This document shows positions 28,917 through 39,685 of a stretch of 64,000 bases of DNA, in pieces. The DNA comes from Bacillales bacterium UBA1719 (GTDB lineage: Bacteria; Bacillota_I; Bacilli_A; RFN20; CAG-826): assembly GCA_002317145.1 (NCBI GenBank), contig DCIT01000054.1:17322-81321 (forward strand), given 5' to 3'. The first letter of the stretch is position 1, and each line of letters begins with the position of its first letter. The notes below the pieces were generated by a model. It was given only the letters and a program-made list of their open reading frames with translations, had not been told where the DNA came from and searched no databases. A program made the position numbers and the translations under genes.

Positions 28917-29218
28917 TACATTCCGATTCCTTCTTTTCTACCGGTGATTTTTTCGTTAATCTCTTCGTTAGCTTTATCAATTTGTTCCATTGCTTCATTG
29001 ATTGCTAATCCCATAGATTCTTCAACCATCTCTTTATCTTCTTTATTCATGGCGTCTTCTTCAATAACTATTTCTTGAATGGTTTTATCACCTAAGACTA
29101 CAACTTTAACTACTCCACCTTTAGTGACAGTAAATTCTTTGTTTGCTAATTCTTCTTTAGCTTTGTTTAATTCTCTTTGCATTTTTTGTGCTTGCATAAG
29201 CATGGCTTGCATGTTCAT
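28916..29218 (-). CDS. Nucleoid-associated protein YbaB/EbfC
   Basis: 100 aa with a MQAMLMQAQKMQ... coiled N-terminus. Lies between dnaX and recR. Confidence 0.9.
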   Translation of the reverse strand: MNMQAMLMQAQKMQRELNKAKEELANKEFTVTKGGVVKVVVLGDKTIQEIVIEEDAMNKEDKEMVEESMGLAINEAMEQIDKANEEINEKITGRKEGIGM

Positions 29219-29220
29219 AG

Positions 29221-30813
29221 TTAATTCTCCTTAATTTCAATTTCTTCTTTATTTGGTAATTTATTAATTTGTCTTAAATTTAAGAATAGTTTTCTTAAAC
29301 GTAGTTCCTCAGATCTAGATAAGGCATAAACAAAGACATGACGTTTAAGAATGGATTCTAATAATTTAGATAAATTAATTTGATTAGATTTGATGTTTAC
29401 TTTATTCGCGAGTCTTTCAAAATCATAATTTAAGATTAAGACATTTTTAGTGATGATGTACGGAGTAGCGTCAAGTAATAATGATGCATATTTACCTAGT
29501 TTAGGATCAGCAGAGAATTGCGAAATAGAACGAGTCCATTTTTCTACTAAAGAAACTCTTTCATCTTTGTTACCGCTGACCATTAATTTAATAATAGTGT
29601 CATCATCTAAGTGATTAGATTCTCCTTCTAGTTCTAATGGTTTAATGTCTTCTTTAACTTCTATTTTTTCTTCAACTTTAGTTTCGTTAATAGGAGTTTC
29701 AATTTTCTTTTCGATTACTTTTTCAACTTTCTTTTTATTATTTAAAGTTACTAGTTTAAGTAAGGTAATTTCAAATAATGAACGCGGATTAGATACAACT
29801 TTAAAATCAGATTCAGCTTTAATTAATATTTCAATCATTTCATTTATTTCTTCAATAGAGAAAGAATTCTCTAGTTGATGTAATTCTTTTTCTTTTAATG
29901 TAGTCATGAGATTAACTTCATGAGTAGTGTGATAGACTAATAAATCTTTTAAGATATCTAATAAAGAAATAGTTAAGCGTTTGATATCCACTCCACCTTC
30001 TAAGAAGAAAGAAGCACGTGATAATACTCCGTTAGTATTCTTGCTAGCGATATCATTTAATAAATCAACTTTCTCTTCTAAAGAGGCGATACCAAATAAA
30101 TCTAATACATCCTTTTCTGTTATCTTTTTATTTGAATACGATAATACTTGATCTAGCATCATTAAAGCATCACGCATTCCTCCATCAGCAATGCTTACAA
30201 TAGGAAGCAATGCTTTAGAATCATACTCAACACCTTCTTTATCTAAAACATCCATTAAATAATCAGCAATTGCATTTTCATCAATCTTAGAAAAATCATA
30301 TCTTTGACATCTAGAAAGAATAGTTGGTAATACTTTATGAGGTTCTGTTGTCGCTAGAATAAAAATAACATGTGCTGGAGGTTCTTCTAACGTCTTAAGT
30401 AAAGCGTTAAATGCTCCTGGAGTCATCATATGAACTTCATCGATAATATAAACTTTATATTTTCCTTTTATTGGAGCGAATTTAACTTTATCAATTAAAT
30501 TACGTACTTCATCAACGCCATTATTACTAGCAGCATCTATTTCAATAATATCTGGATGAGCATTCTTATTTGCACTCAAACAGTTATCACATTCATTACA
30601 TATTTCTCCATTACCTTTTTCACAGTTAATAGCTTTCGCAAATAATTTAGCGGTAGTGGTCTTACCTGTTCCTCTAGGACCAGTAAATAAGTAAGCATGA
30701 GAAATCTTATTCGACTTTAAAGCGTTGCTTAAAGTTTGAATAATAGCCTTTTGACCTGCTACTTCATTAAAAGCCTTCGGGCGGTATTTACGATATAATA
30801 CTTTATACGACAT
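29221..30813 (-). CDS. dnaX: DNA polymerase III gamma/tau subunit
   Basis: GPRGTGKTT Walker A, a zinc module (CEKGNGEICNECDNC) and an SRC motif (LSRCQRY). Confidence 0.94.
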   Translation of the reverse strand: MSYKVLYRKYRPKAFNEVAGQKAIIQTLSNALKSNKISHAYLFTGPRGTGKTTTAKLFAKAINCEKGNGEICNECDNCLSANKNAHPDIIEIDAASNNGVDEVRNLIDKVKFAPIKGKYKVYIIDEVHMMTPGAFNALLKTLEEPPAHVIFILATTEPHKVLPTILSRCQRYDFSKIDENAIADYLMDVLDKEGVEYDSKALLPIVSIADGGMRDALMMLDQVLSYSNKKITEKDVLDLFGIASLEEKVDLLNDIASKNTNGVLSRASFFLEGGVDIKRLTISLLDILKDLLVYHTTHEVNLMTTLKEKELHQLENSFSIEEINEMIEILIKAESDFKVVSNPRSLFEITLLKLVTLNNKKKVEKVIEKKIETPINETKVEEKIEVKEDIKPLELEGESNHLDDDTIIKLMVSGNKDERVSLVEKWTRSISQFSADPKLGKYASLLLDATPYIITKNVLILNYDFERLANKVNIKSNQINLSKLLESILKRHVFVYALSRSEELRLRKLFLNLRQINKLPNKEEIEIKEN

Positions 30814-30955
30814 AGAATAATCTTAATTATTCTACCAAAATATAAGCTAACTTGTTTGATTAATTTATTTAATGCGATAAAGTGTATCTAATTTATCCAT
30901 AAATAAAATAATTACTATTAAATTAGACATTCTATTGTTTATATATAAAATATAT

Positions 30956-31777
30956 ATGCTTATGAAAAACTTAGTAATTAAAAACTTACATGTAAACGTT
31001 GAAGGAAAAGAAATCCTTAAAGGAGTTAATCTAACCATTAATGAAGGCGATAATGTTGCCTTATTAGGACCTAATGGACATGGTAAATCTACTTTATTTA
31101 TGGCCATTATGGGACATCCTAAATATAAGATCACTGAAGGCTCTATTACTTTTGATAATAAAGATATATTAAATATGTCTACTGATGAAAGAAGTAAATT
31201 AGGATTATTCTTAGGATTACAAAATCCAAGTGAAGTCCCTGGAGTAAATAATTCTGATTTCTTAAAAAACATTATGAATGTCAGAAGAGAAAAACCAATG
31301 ACATTATTTACATTCTATAAAGAATTAGAAAACTCTTATAAAGAAATGGGAATTCCATTTGAAATGGCGAATCGTAACTTAAATGAAGGATTTTCAGGCG
31401 GAGAAAAAAAGAGAAACGAAATCCTTCAAATGAACTTACTTAATCCATCTTTATCAATGCTAGATGAAATAGATTCTGGATTAGATGTTGATGCGATTAA
31501 TGTTGTCGCTAATGCAATAAATAAAAAACATCAAAATGGTATGAGTCTATTAGTAATATCTCACTACGCTAGATTATTTGATCTCATTCATCCTAATCGA
31601 GCAGTCATCATGGTAAATGGAAAAATAGTTTTAGATGGCGATGCTACTTTAATTAAAAGAGTAGATAAAGAAGGATATGAATGGATTAAAAATGAACTAG
31701 GAATAGAAATAACTAAACCCGAGATAAATAAAAAATCAATAGGAGTATGCGCTACTAAAGTAGCAATGAAAAAATAA
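30956..31777 (+). CDS. sufC: Fe-S cluster assembly ATPase SufC
   Basis: LGPNGHGKST, FSGGEKKR and LDEIDSGLD. Start taken at the first ATG (30956), though 30962 is also possible. The ORF-track TTG at 30935 is less likely. Confidence 0.92.
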   Translation: MLMKNLVIKNLHVNVEGKEILKGVNLTINEGDNVALLGPNGHGKSTLFMAIMGHPKYKITEGSITFDNKDILNMSTDERSKLGLFLGLQNPSEVPGVNNSDFLKNIMNVRREKPMTLFTFYKELENSYKEMGIPFEMANRNLNEGFSGGEKKRNEILQMNLLNPSLSMLDEIDSGLDVDAINVVANAINKKHQNGMSLLVISHYARLFDLIHPNRAVIMVNGKIVLDGDATLIKRVDKEGYEWIKNELGIEITKPEINKKSIGVCATKVAMKK

Positions 31778-32481
31778 TGAATATTTTAGTAAAAGCAAAT
31801 GAAATAAAAGAACTATTAATAACTGATAATTCTTCAGTTAATTTTGTTATTGAAAATAACGGTTCGCTTTTACTAAAATATGCTATGTTTTTGGACTCCA
31901 AAAACATTGATATTAGCGGTTCGCTAAATAAGAACTCAACATTAAAAACTGTTGTAGCAGATTTTTCAAATGGAGTAGGTAAAATACACGCTAATATCGA
32001 ATTAAATGAAGAAGGTGCGAATGCTACTTGGGATCTAGCAAGTCTAGCGACAAATAAAGATAAAAAAGAATTTGATATATCTTTTATACATAATAAAAAT
32101 AATACTTTTGCGAATATGAATAATTATGGTGTAGCACTTAATTCTTCTAGATTAGTGTTCTCAGGTATTAATCATATTAAAAAGAATGCAAAGAAATCTA
32201 ATACAAATCAGAATGCAAAGATTATTGTTTTTGATAAGGATGCATCTGGTAAAGCTAATCCAATATTAAAGATTGATGAGAATGATGTATTAGCAAGTCA
32301 TGCTGCGATTGTAGGTAGATTAAATGATGAACATTTATTCTATTTAAAATCGAGAGGATTAACTGAAATAGAAGCAAAAGCATTGATTGTAGAAGGATAT
32401 TTAAAACCAATCGCAAATTACTTTAATGATGATATTAAAGAATCTATAAATAATAAGATAATGGAGAAATGTCATGTTTGA
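31777..32481 (+). CDS. sufD: SufD-like Fe-S assembly protein (short form)
   Basis: C-terminal SufB/D beta-helix pattern (...SHAAIVGRLNDEHLFYLKSRGL...). At 234 aa it is shorter than classical SufD. Confidence 0.75.
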   Translation: MNILVKANEIKELLITDNSSVNFVIENNGSLLLKYAMFLDSKNIDISGSLNKNSTLKTVVADFSNGVGKIHANIELNEEGANATWDLASLATNKDKKEFDISFIHNKNNTFANMNNYGVALNSSRLVFSGINHIKKNAKKSNTNQNAKIIVFDKDASGKANPILKIDENDVLASHAAIVGRLNDEHLFYLKSRGLTEIEAKALIVEGYLKPIANYFNDDIKESINNKIMEKCHV

Positions 32482-33700
32482 TGTAAATAATATTCGTAAA
32501 GATTTTCCGATGTTAAAGCAAAGAATGCAGAAACATCCTTTAGTATTTTTAGATAATGCTTCGACTACTTTTAAACCTAAATCAGTAGTGGATGCTATTA
32601 ATAATTATTATTTAAAAGAGACTAGTAACTCTCATCGTGGAGATTATGATTTATGCTTTAACGCTGATCAAAAATTATTAGAGACTAGAGGAGTTGTCGC
32701 TAAATTTATTAATGCTAAAAGAGAAGAAATAGTATTTACTTCTGGGGCGAGTATGTCCATTAATTTAGTAGCGTATGGTTATGCTTCTAAATTCTTAAAA
32801 AAGAATGATGAAATATTATTAACAGAAGCTGAACATGCTTCTAATGTTTTACCTTGGTATAAAGTAAGTGAATTAACTGGAGCGAAAGTTAAATTTATTC
32901 CTTTAAATAAAGAAGGAAGATTAACTCTTAATAATGTAAAAAAATCAATTAATAAAAATACTAAGATTATTGCAATAGCCGAAGTTAGCAATGTATTAGG
33001 ATTTATCGCACCAATTAAGGAAATATGTAAAGAAGCTCATAAGCGTAATATTATTGTTGTTTGTGATGGTGCTCAATCAGTGCCACACCGTAAAACCGAT
33101 GTAAAAGATTCTGATGTTGATTTCTTATCTTTCTCTTCTCATAAAATGTGTGGTCCAACTGGAATAGGAATCTTATATGGTAAATTTGATTTGCTAAAGA
33201 AAATGGATCCATTAATGAGTGGTGGAGGAATGAACGCTAAATTTGATATGTGTGGAGATGTTGAATATCTTTTACCACCAGTAAGATTTGAAGCAGGTAC
33301 TTTAAATTTAGCAGGAGTCTATGGATTAAAAGCCGCTATAGAATATATCAATAAAATTGGTATAGAAAATATTAATAAATATGAACAACAATTAAGAGAA
33401 TACGCAATTAATAAATTAAAGAAAAATAAAGACATCATTATATATAACGAAACTGCTGAAAGTGGAATTATAACTATTAATAAGAAAAAAGTTTTTGCAC
33501 AAGACGAAGCAACATTTTTAAACAGTCAAGGAATCGCAGTAAGAAGTGGGCAACACTGCGCAAAAATATTAAATGATTTCTTAAAGACTCCAGCGACTAT
33601 TCGTATCTCTATTTATTTCTATAATACTAAAGAAGAAATTGATAAATTAATTGAAGCACTAAATAAGGAGGATTATCTCGATGCCTATTTCCTTAACTAA
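32474..33700 (+). CDS. sufS: Cysteine desulfurase SufS
   Basis: Class V aminotransferase with PLP-Lys context SFSSHKMCGP and catalytic Cys context RSGQHCA. Confidence 0.93.
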   Translation: MFDVNNIRKDFPMLKQRMQKHPLVFLDNASTTFKPKSVVDAINNYYLKETSNSHRGDYDLCFNADQKLLETRGVVAKFINAKREEIVFTSGASMSINLVAYGYASKFLKKNDEILLTEAEHASNVLPWYKVSELTGAKVKFIPLNKEGRLTLNNVKKSINKNTKIIAIAEVSNVLGFIAPIKEICKEAHKRNIIVVCDGAQSVPHRKTDVKDSDVDFLSFSSHKMCGPTGIGILYGKFDLLKKMDPLMSGGGMNAKFDMCGDVEYLLPPVRFEAGTLNLAGVYGLKAAIEYINKIGIENINKYEQQLREYAINKLKKNKDIIIYNETAESGIITINKKKVFAQDEATFLNSQGIAVRSGQHCAKILNDFLKTPATIRISIYFYNTKEEIDKLIEALNKEDYLDAYFLN

Positions 33701-34115
33701 CGATATGATGAGACAAATCATCATGGATCATTATCAAAATCCAATACATAAAAAAACACCTAAAAGTGGATATACATCTATTCATTCAAAAAGTGAAAAT
33801 TGTATTGATGATATTCACGTATATTTAAAACTTGAAAATAAAATCGTTAAAGATTGTTTATGGGATGGAATAGCATGCGCTATTTCTACCGCGAGCACAG
33901 ATATTATGTGTGAGCTAGTAATTAATAAAAGCGAAAAAGAAGCGCGTTACATAATTGAACAATATTTCAAAATGATTCATGAAGAAAAGTTTGATGAAGA
34001 GGCACTTGGAGAAGCAATCGCTTTTATTAATACCGCTAAACAAGCTGCCCGTATTAAATGCGCATGCATCGGTTATCACGCATTAGAGGATTTATTAAAT
34101 AAACATGGCAAATAA
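33681..34115 (+). CDS. sufU: Fe-S scaffold / sulfur acceptor SufU
   Basis: NifU N-terminal-like protein with conserved Cys/Asp positions ([18 protein letters not shown]). Confidence 0.88.
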   Translation: MPISLTNDMMRQIIMDHYQNPIHKKTPKSGYTSIHSKSENCIDDIHVYLKLENKIVKDCLWDGIACAISTASTDIMCELVINKSEKEARYIIEQYFKMIHEEKFDEEALGEAIAFINTAKQAARIKCACIGYHALEDLLNKHGK

Positions 34116-35502
34116 AATCAATTTAGATAAAGAATATAAATATGGTTTTAAAGATGAAGATACATCTATTTTAAAAACGCCTAAAGGTTTATCTGAAGAT
34201 ATTATTAGAGAGATCTCTAAATTAAAAAATGAACCTGAATGGATGCTTAATTTTAGGCTTAAATCTTATGAGGCTTTTAAAAGATTATCTATGCCATCTT
34301 TTGGGCCTGATTTATCTAAATTAGATTTTGATAGTTATACCTATTTTATTCGACCATCTGATAAGGTTGAAAGAAAATGGGAAGATGTTCCTGAGACTAT
34401 TAGAAATACATTTAAAAAGATTGGAATTCCTGAAGCAGAACAAAAATATTTAGCAGGAGTTACTACTCAATACGATAGTGAAGCCGTTTATCATAATATG
34501 CTTAAAGAAGTAGAAGAAAAAGGAGTTATCTTTTTATCTACTGATCAAGCATTACAGATGTGTCCAGATATCATGAAAAAATATTTTAATACGGTTGTTC
34601 CTTATACTGATAATAAATTTGCTGCATTAAACGGAGCCGTCTGGTCTGGTGGATCATTTATTTATGTTCCTAAAGGAGTGAAATTAGAAAAACCACTTCA
34701 ATCATATTTTAGAATTAATAACGAAAAATCTGGTCAATTTGAAAGAACATTAATTATTGTTGATGAAGGTGCAGATGTTCACTATATTGAAGGCTGCACT
34801 GCTCCGATATATTCTAAAGATTCTTTACATTCTGCAGTAGTAGAAATAGTAATATTAAAAAATGGTAGATGTCGTTATTCGACAGTTCAAAACTGGTCTA
34901 CTAATATTGTTAACTTAGTCACTAAAAGAGCATCCGTAGATGAAAACGGAAGTATGGAATGGATAGATGGAAATATTGGTAGTTTAGTCAATATGAAATA
35001 TCCAGCATGTATATTAAAAGGAAGAGGCGCAAGAGGAACATGTATATCAATTGCCGTTGCTTCTAAAGGACAATACCAAGATGCTGGAGCAAGAATGATC
35101 CATTTAGCACCTGACACTCACTCAACTATTATTTCTAAATCAGTTGTAAGTAGTGGAGGTATCGCTAATTATCGTGGAACAGTAAGACACACTAAATTAG
35201 CAGAAAACTCTTCTTCTCACGTTGAATGTGACACATTAATTTTAGATGATATTTCTAAATCAGATACTATACCTAATAATGAAGTTATCAATAATACTTC
35301 TTATATTGAACACGAAGCAACTGTATCTAAAATTAATGAAGATCAATTATTTTATTTAATGAGTAAAGGAATGAGTAAAAAAGACGCGACTCAATATATT
35401 ATTATGGGATTTATTGCTCCATTCTCCAGAGAACTTCCTATGGAATATGCTGTAGAATTAAATCAATTAATTAAACTTGATATGGATGGAAGCATTGGAT
35501 AA
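34105..35502 (+). CDS. sufB: Fe-S cluster assembly protein SufB
   Basis: 465 aa with SufB blocks ([36 protein letters not shown]). Confidence 0.95.
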   Translation: MANKINLDKEYKYGFKDEDTSILKTPKGLSEDIIREISKLKNEPEWMLNFRLKSYEAFKRLSMPSFGPDLSKLDFDSYTYFIRPSDKVERKWEDVPETIRNTFKKIGIPEAEQKYLAGVTTQYDSEAVYHNMLKEVEEKGVIFLSTDQALQMCPDIMKKYFNTVVPYTDNKFAALNGAVWSGGSFIYVPKGVKLEKPLQSYFRINNEKSGQFERTLIIVDEGADVHYIEGCTAPIYSKDSLHSAVVEIVILKNGRCRYSTVQNWSTNIVNLVTKRASVDENGSMEWIDGNIGSLVNMKYPACILKGRGARGTCISIAVASKGQYQDAGARMIHLAPDTHSTIISKSVVSSGGIANYRGTVRHTKLAENSSSHVECDTLILDDISKSDTIPNNEVINNTSYIEHEATVSKINEDQLFYLMSKGMSKKDATQYIIMGFIAPFSRELPMEYAVELNQLIKLDMDGSIG

Positions 35503-35506
35503 AAAT

Positions 35507-37375
35507 ATGAACAAAACATTTGATGTAATAGTAGTAGGTGGTGGTCATGCCGGAGTAGAAGCAGCCTTAGTTTCTGCACGTATGGGCATGAAAACTTTAC
35601 TATGCACATTAAATATTAAAAAGATGTCTAATATGCCTTGTAATCCTTCTATAGGAGGATCCGCTAAAGGAATAGTTGTAAGAGAAATTGATGCTTTAGG
35701 TGGTATGATGGGCGTCGGCGCTGATCATACCTACTTACAAATGAAAATGCTAAATACTGGTAAAGGTCCTGGGGTTCAATGTTTAAGAGCGCAATGTGAT
35801 AAATATGAATATCCGCATTTCATGCAACAAGCATGTTTAAAACAAAAGAATTTAACTGTTAAAGAATGTGAAGTTAAATCTCTTATCTATGATAGAAAGA
35901 AAGTAAGCGGAGTAATTTTAACTAAAAATATAAAGATAAAATCTAAAGCTGTAATTATCACAACCGGAACATTTATGGATGCCTTCATTTATCACGGCAA
36001 AAATAAAATAAGTGCCGGTCCTGATGGAGAAAAGCCATCAATTGGATTAAGTGATTGTTTAAGAGAAATGGGATTAAAAGTTCTTAGATTAAAAACTGGA
36101 ACTCCTCCAAGAATCAAACATAGTTCGATTGATTTTACTAAAACTGAAATTCAACCTGGAAGTAAAGGTAATTTAGCATTTTCTTATCTCACAAATAAAT
36201 TTATTCCTGTTGAAAAACAAATACCTTGTTACTTAATTTATACTAATGAAACAACTCATAAAATAATTAGATCTCATCTAGATGAATCTGCTCAATATAA
36301 TGGAACAGTATCTGCTATAGGACCACGTTATTGCCCTTCTATTGAAGGAAAAGTTATGACCTTTAAAGATAAGAAGAGACATCAGTTATTTTTAGAACCA
36401 GAATATAAAGATTATGAATCTGTATATTTGCAAGGATTCTCTACTTCAATGTCTCATAAAGTCCAAGAACAAATGGTCCATTCTTTAAAGGGTTTAGAAC
36501 ATGCTGAATTCTTAAAATACGCTTACGCTATTGAATATGATTTACTTGATCCATTAGAGTTTGATTTAAGTTTACATGTTAAAAAATATCAAGGATTATA
36601 TGGTGCTGGTCAAATATGTGGCACTAGTGGTTATGAAGAAGCTGCTGGCTTAGGATTAATGGCAGGTATTAATGCTTGTTTATGGATTAAGAAAAAGAAA
36701 CCATTTATTTTAAAAAGAAATGAATCTTATATCGGAGTAATGATAGATGATATCGTTACAAAAGGAATAAGTGAACCATATCGTTTATTATCTTCTCGCG
36801 CTGAATATCGCTTATTACTTAGACACGATAATGCCGATATAAGATTGACTCCTTATGGAAAGAAATTAGGAATAATTTCAAACGAAAGATGGAATCAATT
36901 TAAGAAAAAAGAAACTCAAATTAAAAAAGCTATCTCTATCTTAAATAAAACAAGATTTGGATCTAAATCAACTGTTAATAAATATTTAAAATCATTAGGC
37001 TATGATGGATTAAACGCTGGAACATCAGCATTAGAATTACTTAGACGTCCTAATGTTAAACTAATTGATTTATATCCATATGTTAAAGGTTTAAAAGAAT
37101 TAAAGTTATCTGAGATAGCGATATTCCAAATTGAAGTAAGTATTAAATATGAAGGATATATTAAAAAGCAACTAAAAGAAGCGAGCGAATTTAATAAGAT
37201 TGAAGATACTTTAATTCCAAGTAATATTGATTACTTACATATGGATGGCTTAGCCTTAGAGGCTCGCCAAAAAATGGATAAGATTCGTCCTCATTCAATT
37301 GGCCAAGCATCACGTATTTCTGGTGTTAATCCTTCGGATATTGCTATACTAGTATTAAATATAAAGAAGAAATAA
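35507..37375 (+). CDS. mnmG: tRNA uridine 5-carboxymethylaminomethyl modification enzyme MnmG (GidA)
   Basis: FDVIVVGGGHAGVEAA FAD motif. The ATG at 35507 lies just after the sufB stop. The ORF-track start at 35477 overlaps sufB. Confidence 0.94.
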   Translation: MNKTFDVIVVGGGHAGVEAALVSARMGMKTLLCTLNIKKMSNMPCNPSIGGSAKGIVVREIDALGGMMGVGADHTYLQMKMLNTGKGPGVQCLRAQCDKYEYPHFMQQACLKQKNLTVKECEVKSLIYDRKKVSGVILTKNIKIKSKAVIITTGTFMDAFIYHGKNKISAGPDGEKPSIGLSDCLREMGLKVLRLKTGTPPRIKHSSIDFTKTEIQPGSKGNLAFSYLTNKFIPVEKQIPCYLIYTNETTHKIIRSHLDESAQYNGTVSAIGPRYCPSIEGKVMTFKDKKRHQLFLEPEYKDYESVYLQGFSTSMSHKVQEQMVHSLKGLEHAEFLKYAYAIEYDLLDPLEFDLSLHVKKYQGLYGAGQICGTSGYEEAAGLGLMAGINACLWIKKKKPFILKRNESYIGVMIDDIVTKGISEPYRLLSSRAEYRLLLRHDNADIRLTPYGKKLGIISNERWNQFKKKETQIKKAISILNKTRFGSKSTVNKYLKSLGYDGLNAGTSALELLRRPNVKLIDLYPYVKGLKELKLSEIAIFQIEVSIKYEGYIKKQLKEASEFNKIEDTLIPSNIDYLHMDGLALEARQKMDKIRPHSIGQASRISGVNPSDIAILVLNIKKK

Positions 37376-37377
37376 AT

Positions 37378-38052
37378 ATGGATTACAACACTCTTAAATT
37401 ACAATTTGATGTAGATACACATAAGATTGATTTATTTTTGGAATATCTTATTAAAACAAATGAGAATATTAATTTAACTGCAATAACTAAGAAAGATGAA
37501 ATGGTTGAAAAACATATTTATGATTCCTTATTAATTAGCAAGGATATTTCATTTGAAAACAAATTAGTTTTAGATGTTGGAAGTGGCGGGGGATTCCCTG
37601 GAATTCCTTTAGCAATTCTTTATCCAACTGCTAAATTTGTTTTACTTGATTCAACAGGGAAAAAAGTTAGTTATCTAAATGAAGTATTAAAATATTTGAA
37701 CTTAAAAAATGTTGAGACAAAATGTGCTCGTGTTGAATCGTTAAAAGAAAATGAAAAATATGATATTGTTATTTCTCGTGCTTTTTCTGATTTATCAATT
37801 TATTTAGAGCTAGTCGCTTATTTAGCTAAAGTCGGTGGACAAATTGTTGCAATGAAAGGACCTAAGGGAAATGAAGAATATTTTAAAGCGAAAAATGCGA
37901 TTAAAAAATTAAATTTAGATTCCGGAAAAGTTTACACACACGAATTACCAAGTGATAAAGCAACTAGATTAAATATTGTATTTACCAAGAAAAAATCAAC
38001 TGATAAAAAATATCCGCGCAATTACGCAGATATACTAAAAAAACCTTTGTAA
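37378..38052 (+). CDS. rsmG: 16S rRNA m7G527 methyltransferase RsmG (GidB)
   Basis: SAM-binding motif DVGSGGGFPGIPLAI. Follows mnmG. Confidence 0.92.
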   Translation: MDYNTLKLQFDVDTHKIDLFLEYLIKTNENINLTAITKKDEMVEKHIYDSLLISKDISFENKLVLDVGSGGGFPGIPLAILYPTAKFVLLDSTGKKVSYLNEVLKYLNLKNVETKCARVESLKENEKYDIVISRAFSDLSIYLELVAYLAKVGGQIVAMKGPKGNEEYFKAKNAIKKLNLDSGKVYTHELPSDKATRLNIVFTKKKSTDKKYPRNYADILKKPL

Positions 38053-38886
38053 TTATTTTGTTTTTACAGCTTTAATAAAACTTTGTTTTTCTTCTTCGCT
38101 ATTAAATTTTATTATCAATTGTTTATCTTTTTCGTTTAATAAACATTTATATTTCTTCAATAAAGTAGAGTGAGTTTCTAAGTCTTCACTATTTTTATAT
38201 TTTTTTACAATTGATTCGGTTTCTCTAACAGATAAGTTATCTTGATAAATTTTCTTAACTAAATTTTCAATTTTAGTTTCTGGCAAAGATGCAATTGCTT
38301 TTGCGTGTCCATAAGATAATTTATTGATAGATAAATCATCAATAATATGTTGAGGTAAATTTAACATTCTTAATATATTTGTTATTTGCGAACGCGATTG
38401 ATGTGCTACTTCGGATAATGTCTTTTGTGAATAATTGAATTTCTTAGATAAACTATCTAGAATTAATGCCATTTCAATAATGTTTCCATCACGTTGTTCG
38501 CGGTTATCCGCGAGTAACATTAATAACATTTCTTCATCAGATACATTAATGATTACTACTGGCGCTTTAGCGATTTTAAATTTCTTACACGCTAATAATC
38601 TTTTACGTCCAAATATAATTTCATAATAATCTTTTTTTGGACGGACGACTAATGGATTTGTTAATCCTGTTTTAATAATAGAATCAGCAACTTCTTTTAA
38701 TGTGTTATCTTTTAATTTTGCGCTCTTAATAATTCCGTTATCGTCAATATCATTCACTAATAATTCTTTGCTATTAGCTTGACGGAGATTTCTCTCCATT
38801 TCTTCAATAACATAGCTCTTAGAAAAACGATTAACTAATTTTGATAATTGATTTTTATTTAATAGTCTTTTATTTACGGTTTTCAT
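38053..38886 (-). CDS. parB: ParB/Spo0J-family partition protein
   Basis: ParB N-terminal box (PLVVRP...YEIIFGRKRLLA) and an HTH (SQKTLSEVAHQSRSQITN). Overlaps the parA end. Confidence 0.85.
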   Translation of the reverse strand: MKTVNKRLLNKNQLSKLVNRFSKSYVIEEMERNLRQANSKELLVNDIDDNGIIKSAKLKDNTLKEVADSIIKTGLTNPLVVRPKKDYYEIIFGRKRLLACKKFKIAKAPVVIINVSDEEMLLMLLADNREQRDGNIIEMALILDSLSKKFNYSQKTLSEVAHQSRSQITNILRMLNLPQHIIDDLSINKLSYGHAKAIASLPETKIENLVKKIYQDNLSVRETESIVKKYKNSEDLETHSTLLKKYKCLLNEKDKQLIIKFNSEEEKQSFIKAVKTK

Positions 38887-39643
38887 GATCTAATAATTCT
38901 TTTGCTAAAGATGCATATGATAAAGATCCAGCGCTGGTTGGACGATATTCACTTACTGGCATTAATTTAGCAGTAGCTTCTGGAATAGATACATTTCTAG
39001 GAATAACAGAAATGAATGTATTTTCTTTAAATAAAGATCTAACTTGTTGAGCAATTTCAGTAGATAAATTTGTATGAGTATCAAACATTGTTAATACAAA
39101 TCCTTCTATCTCTAAATTTGGATTATGTAATCTTTTAACTTCGCTGATTGTACCAAGAATTTGCGCTAAAGCTTCCATCGCAAAGTATTCACATTGAACA
39201 GGAATTAAAATACTATTTGATGCAGTTAAAGCGTTAATAGTTAACAATCCAAGTGATGGTGGGCAATCAATTAAAATATAATCATATTCTTTCTTGATTT
39301 CTTTAATTACTCTTTTTAAACAATCAGAGATTTCTTCTTGGACATTACTTATAGTAGGACCAAAATTAGCGAGTGTTAAATTAGATGGCAAAACATCGAT
39401 ATTTTTAAACGATGTAGTTTTAATAATTTGATTAACATCTTCTAATTTAACTAAAGCTTCAAATAATGTTTTCTTTAATGAAACGATATCTAATCCAATT
39501 CCACGAGATGAATTACCTTGTGGATCCATATCAACGATTAATACTTGTTTATTTAAGTTTGCTAAAGCAGCAGCTAAATTAATAGTGGTCGTAGTTTTAC
39601 CAACTCCGCCTTTTTGATTAGCGATAGAAATAATTTTACTCAT
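38870..39643 (-). CDS. parA: ParA/Soj chromosome-partitioning ATPase
   Basis: Deviant Walker A NQKGGVGKTTT and DCPPSLG. Confidence 0.93.
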   Translation of the reverse strand: MSKIISIANQKGGVGKTTTTINLAAALANLNKQVLIVDMDPQGNSSRGIGLDIVSLKKTLFEALVKLEDVNQIIKTTSFKNIDVLPSNLTLANFGPTISNVQEEISDCLKRVIKEIKKEYDYILIDCPPSLGLLTINALTASNSILIPVQCEYFAMEALAQILGTISEVKRLHNPNLEIEGFVLTMFDTHTNLSTEIAQQVRSLFKENTFISVIPRNVSIPEATAKLMPVSEYRPTSAGSLSYASLAKELLDHENRK

Positions 39644-39658
39644 GAAAATATAATAATA

Positions 39659-39678
39659 TGTTTCACGGAAAGTTTCAC
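39659..39678. promoter_or_regulatory. Degenerate parS-like site (TGTTTCACG-GAAAGTTTCAC)
   Basis: The first 9 nt equal the left half of the consensus parS TGTTTCACGTGAAACA. The right half is imperfect. Lies 16 nt upstream of the parA start. Confidence 0.35.
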
Positions 39679-39685
39679 AGATAAA

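Noticed and set aside
30814-30955. Searched for an SRP (scRNA/ffs) gene upstream of dnaX, where it sits in Bacillus
   Set aside because: The spacer is almost pure A/T, with no helix-8-like GGAA/AGCA motif or stable hairpin. I call no RNA gene here.
30865-31272. 135-aa minus-strand ORF overlapping the sufC start region
   Set aside because: It is antisense to a well-supported sufC gene, has low-complexity composition, and has no RBS or homology signal. This is a typical shadow ORF in AT-rich DNA.
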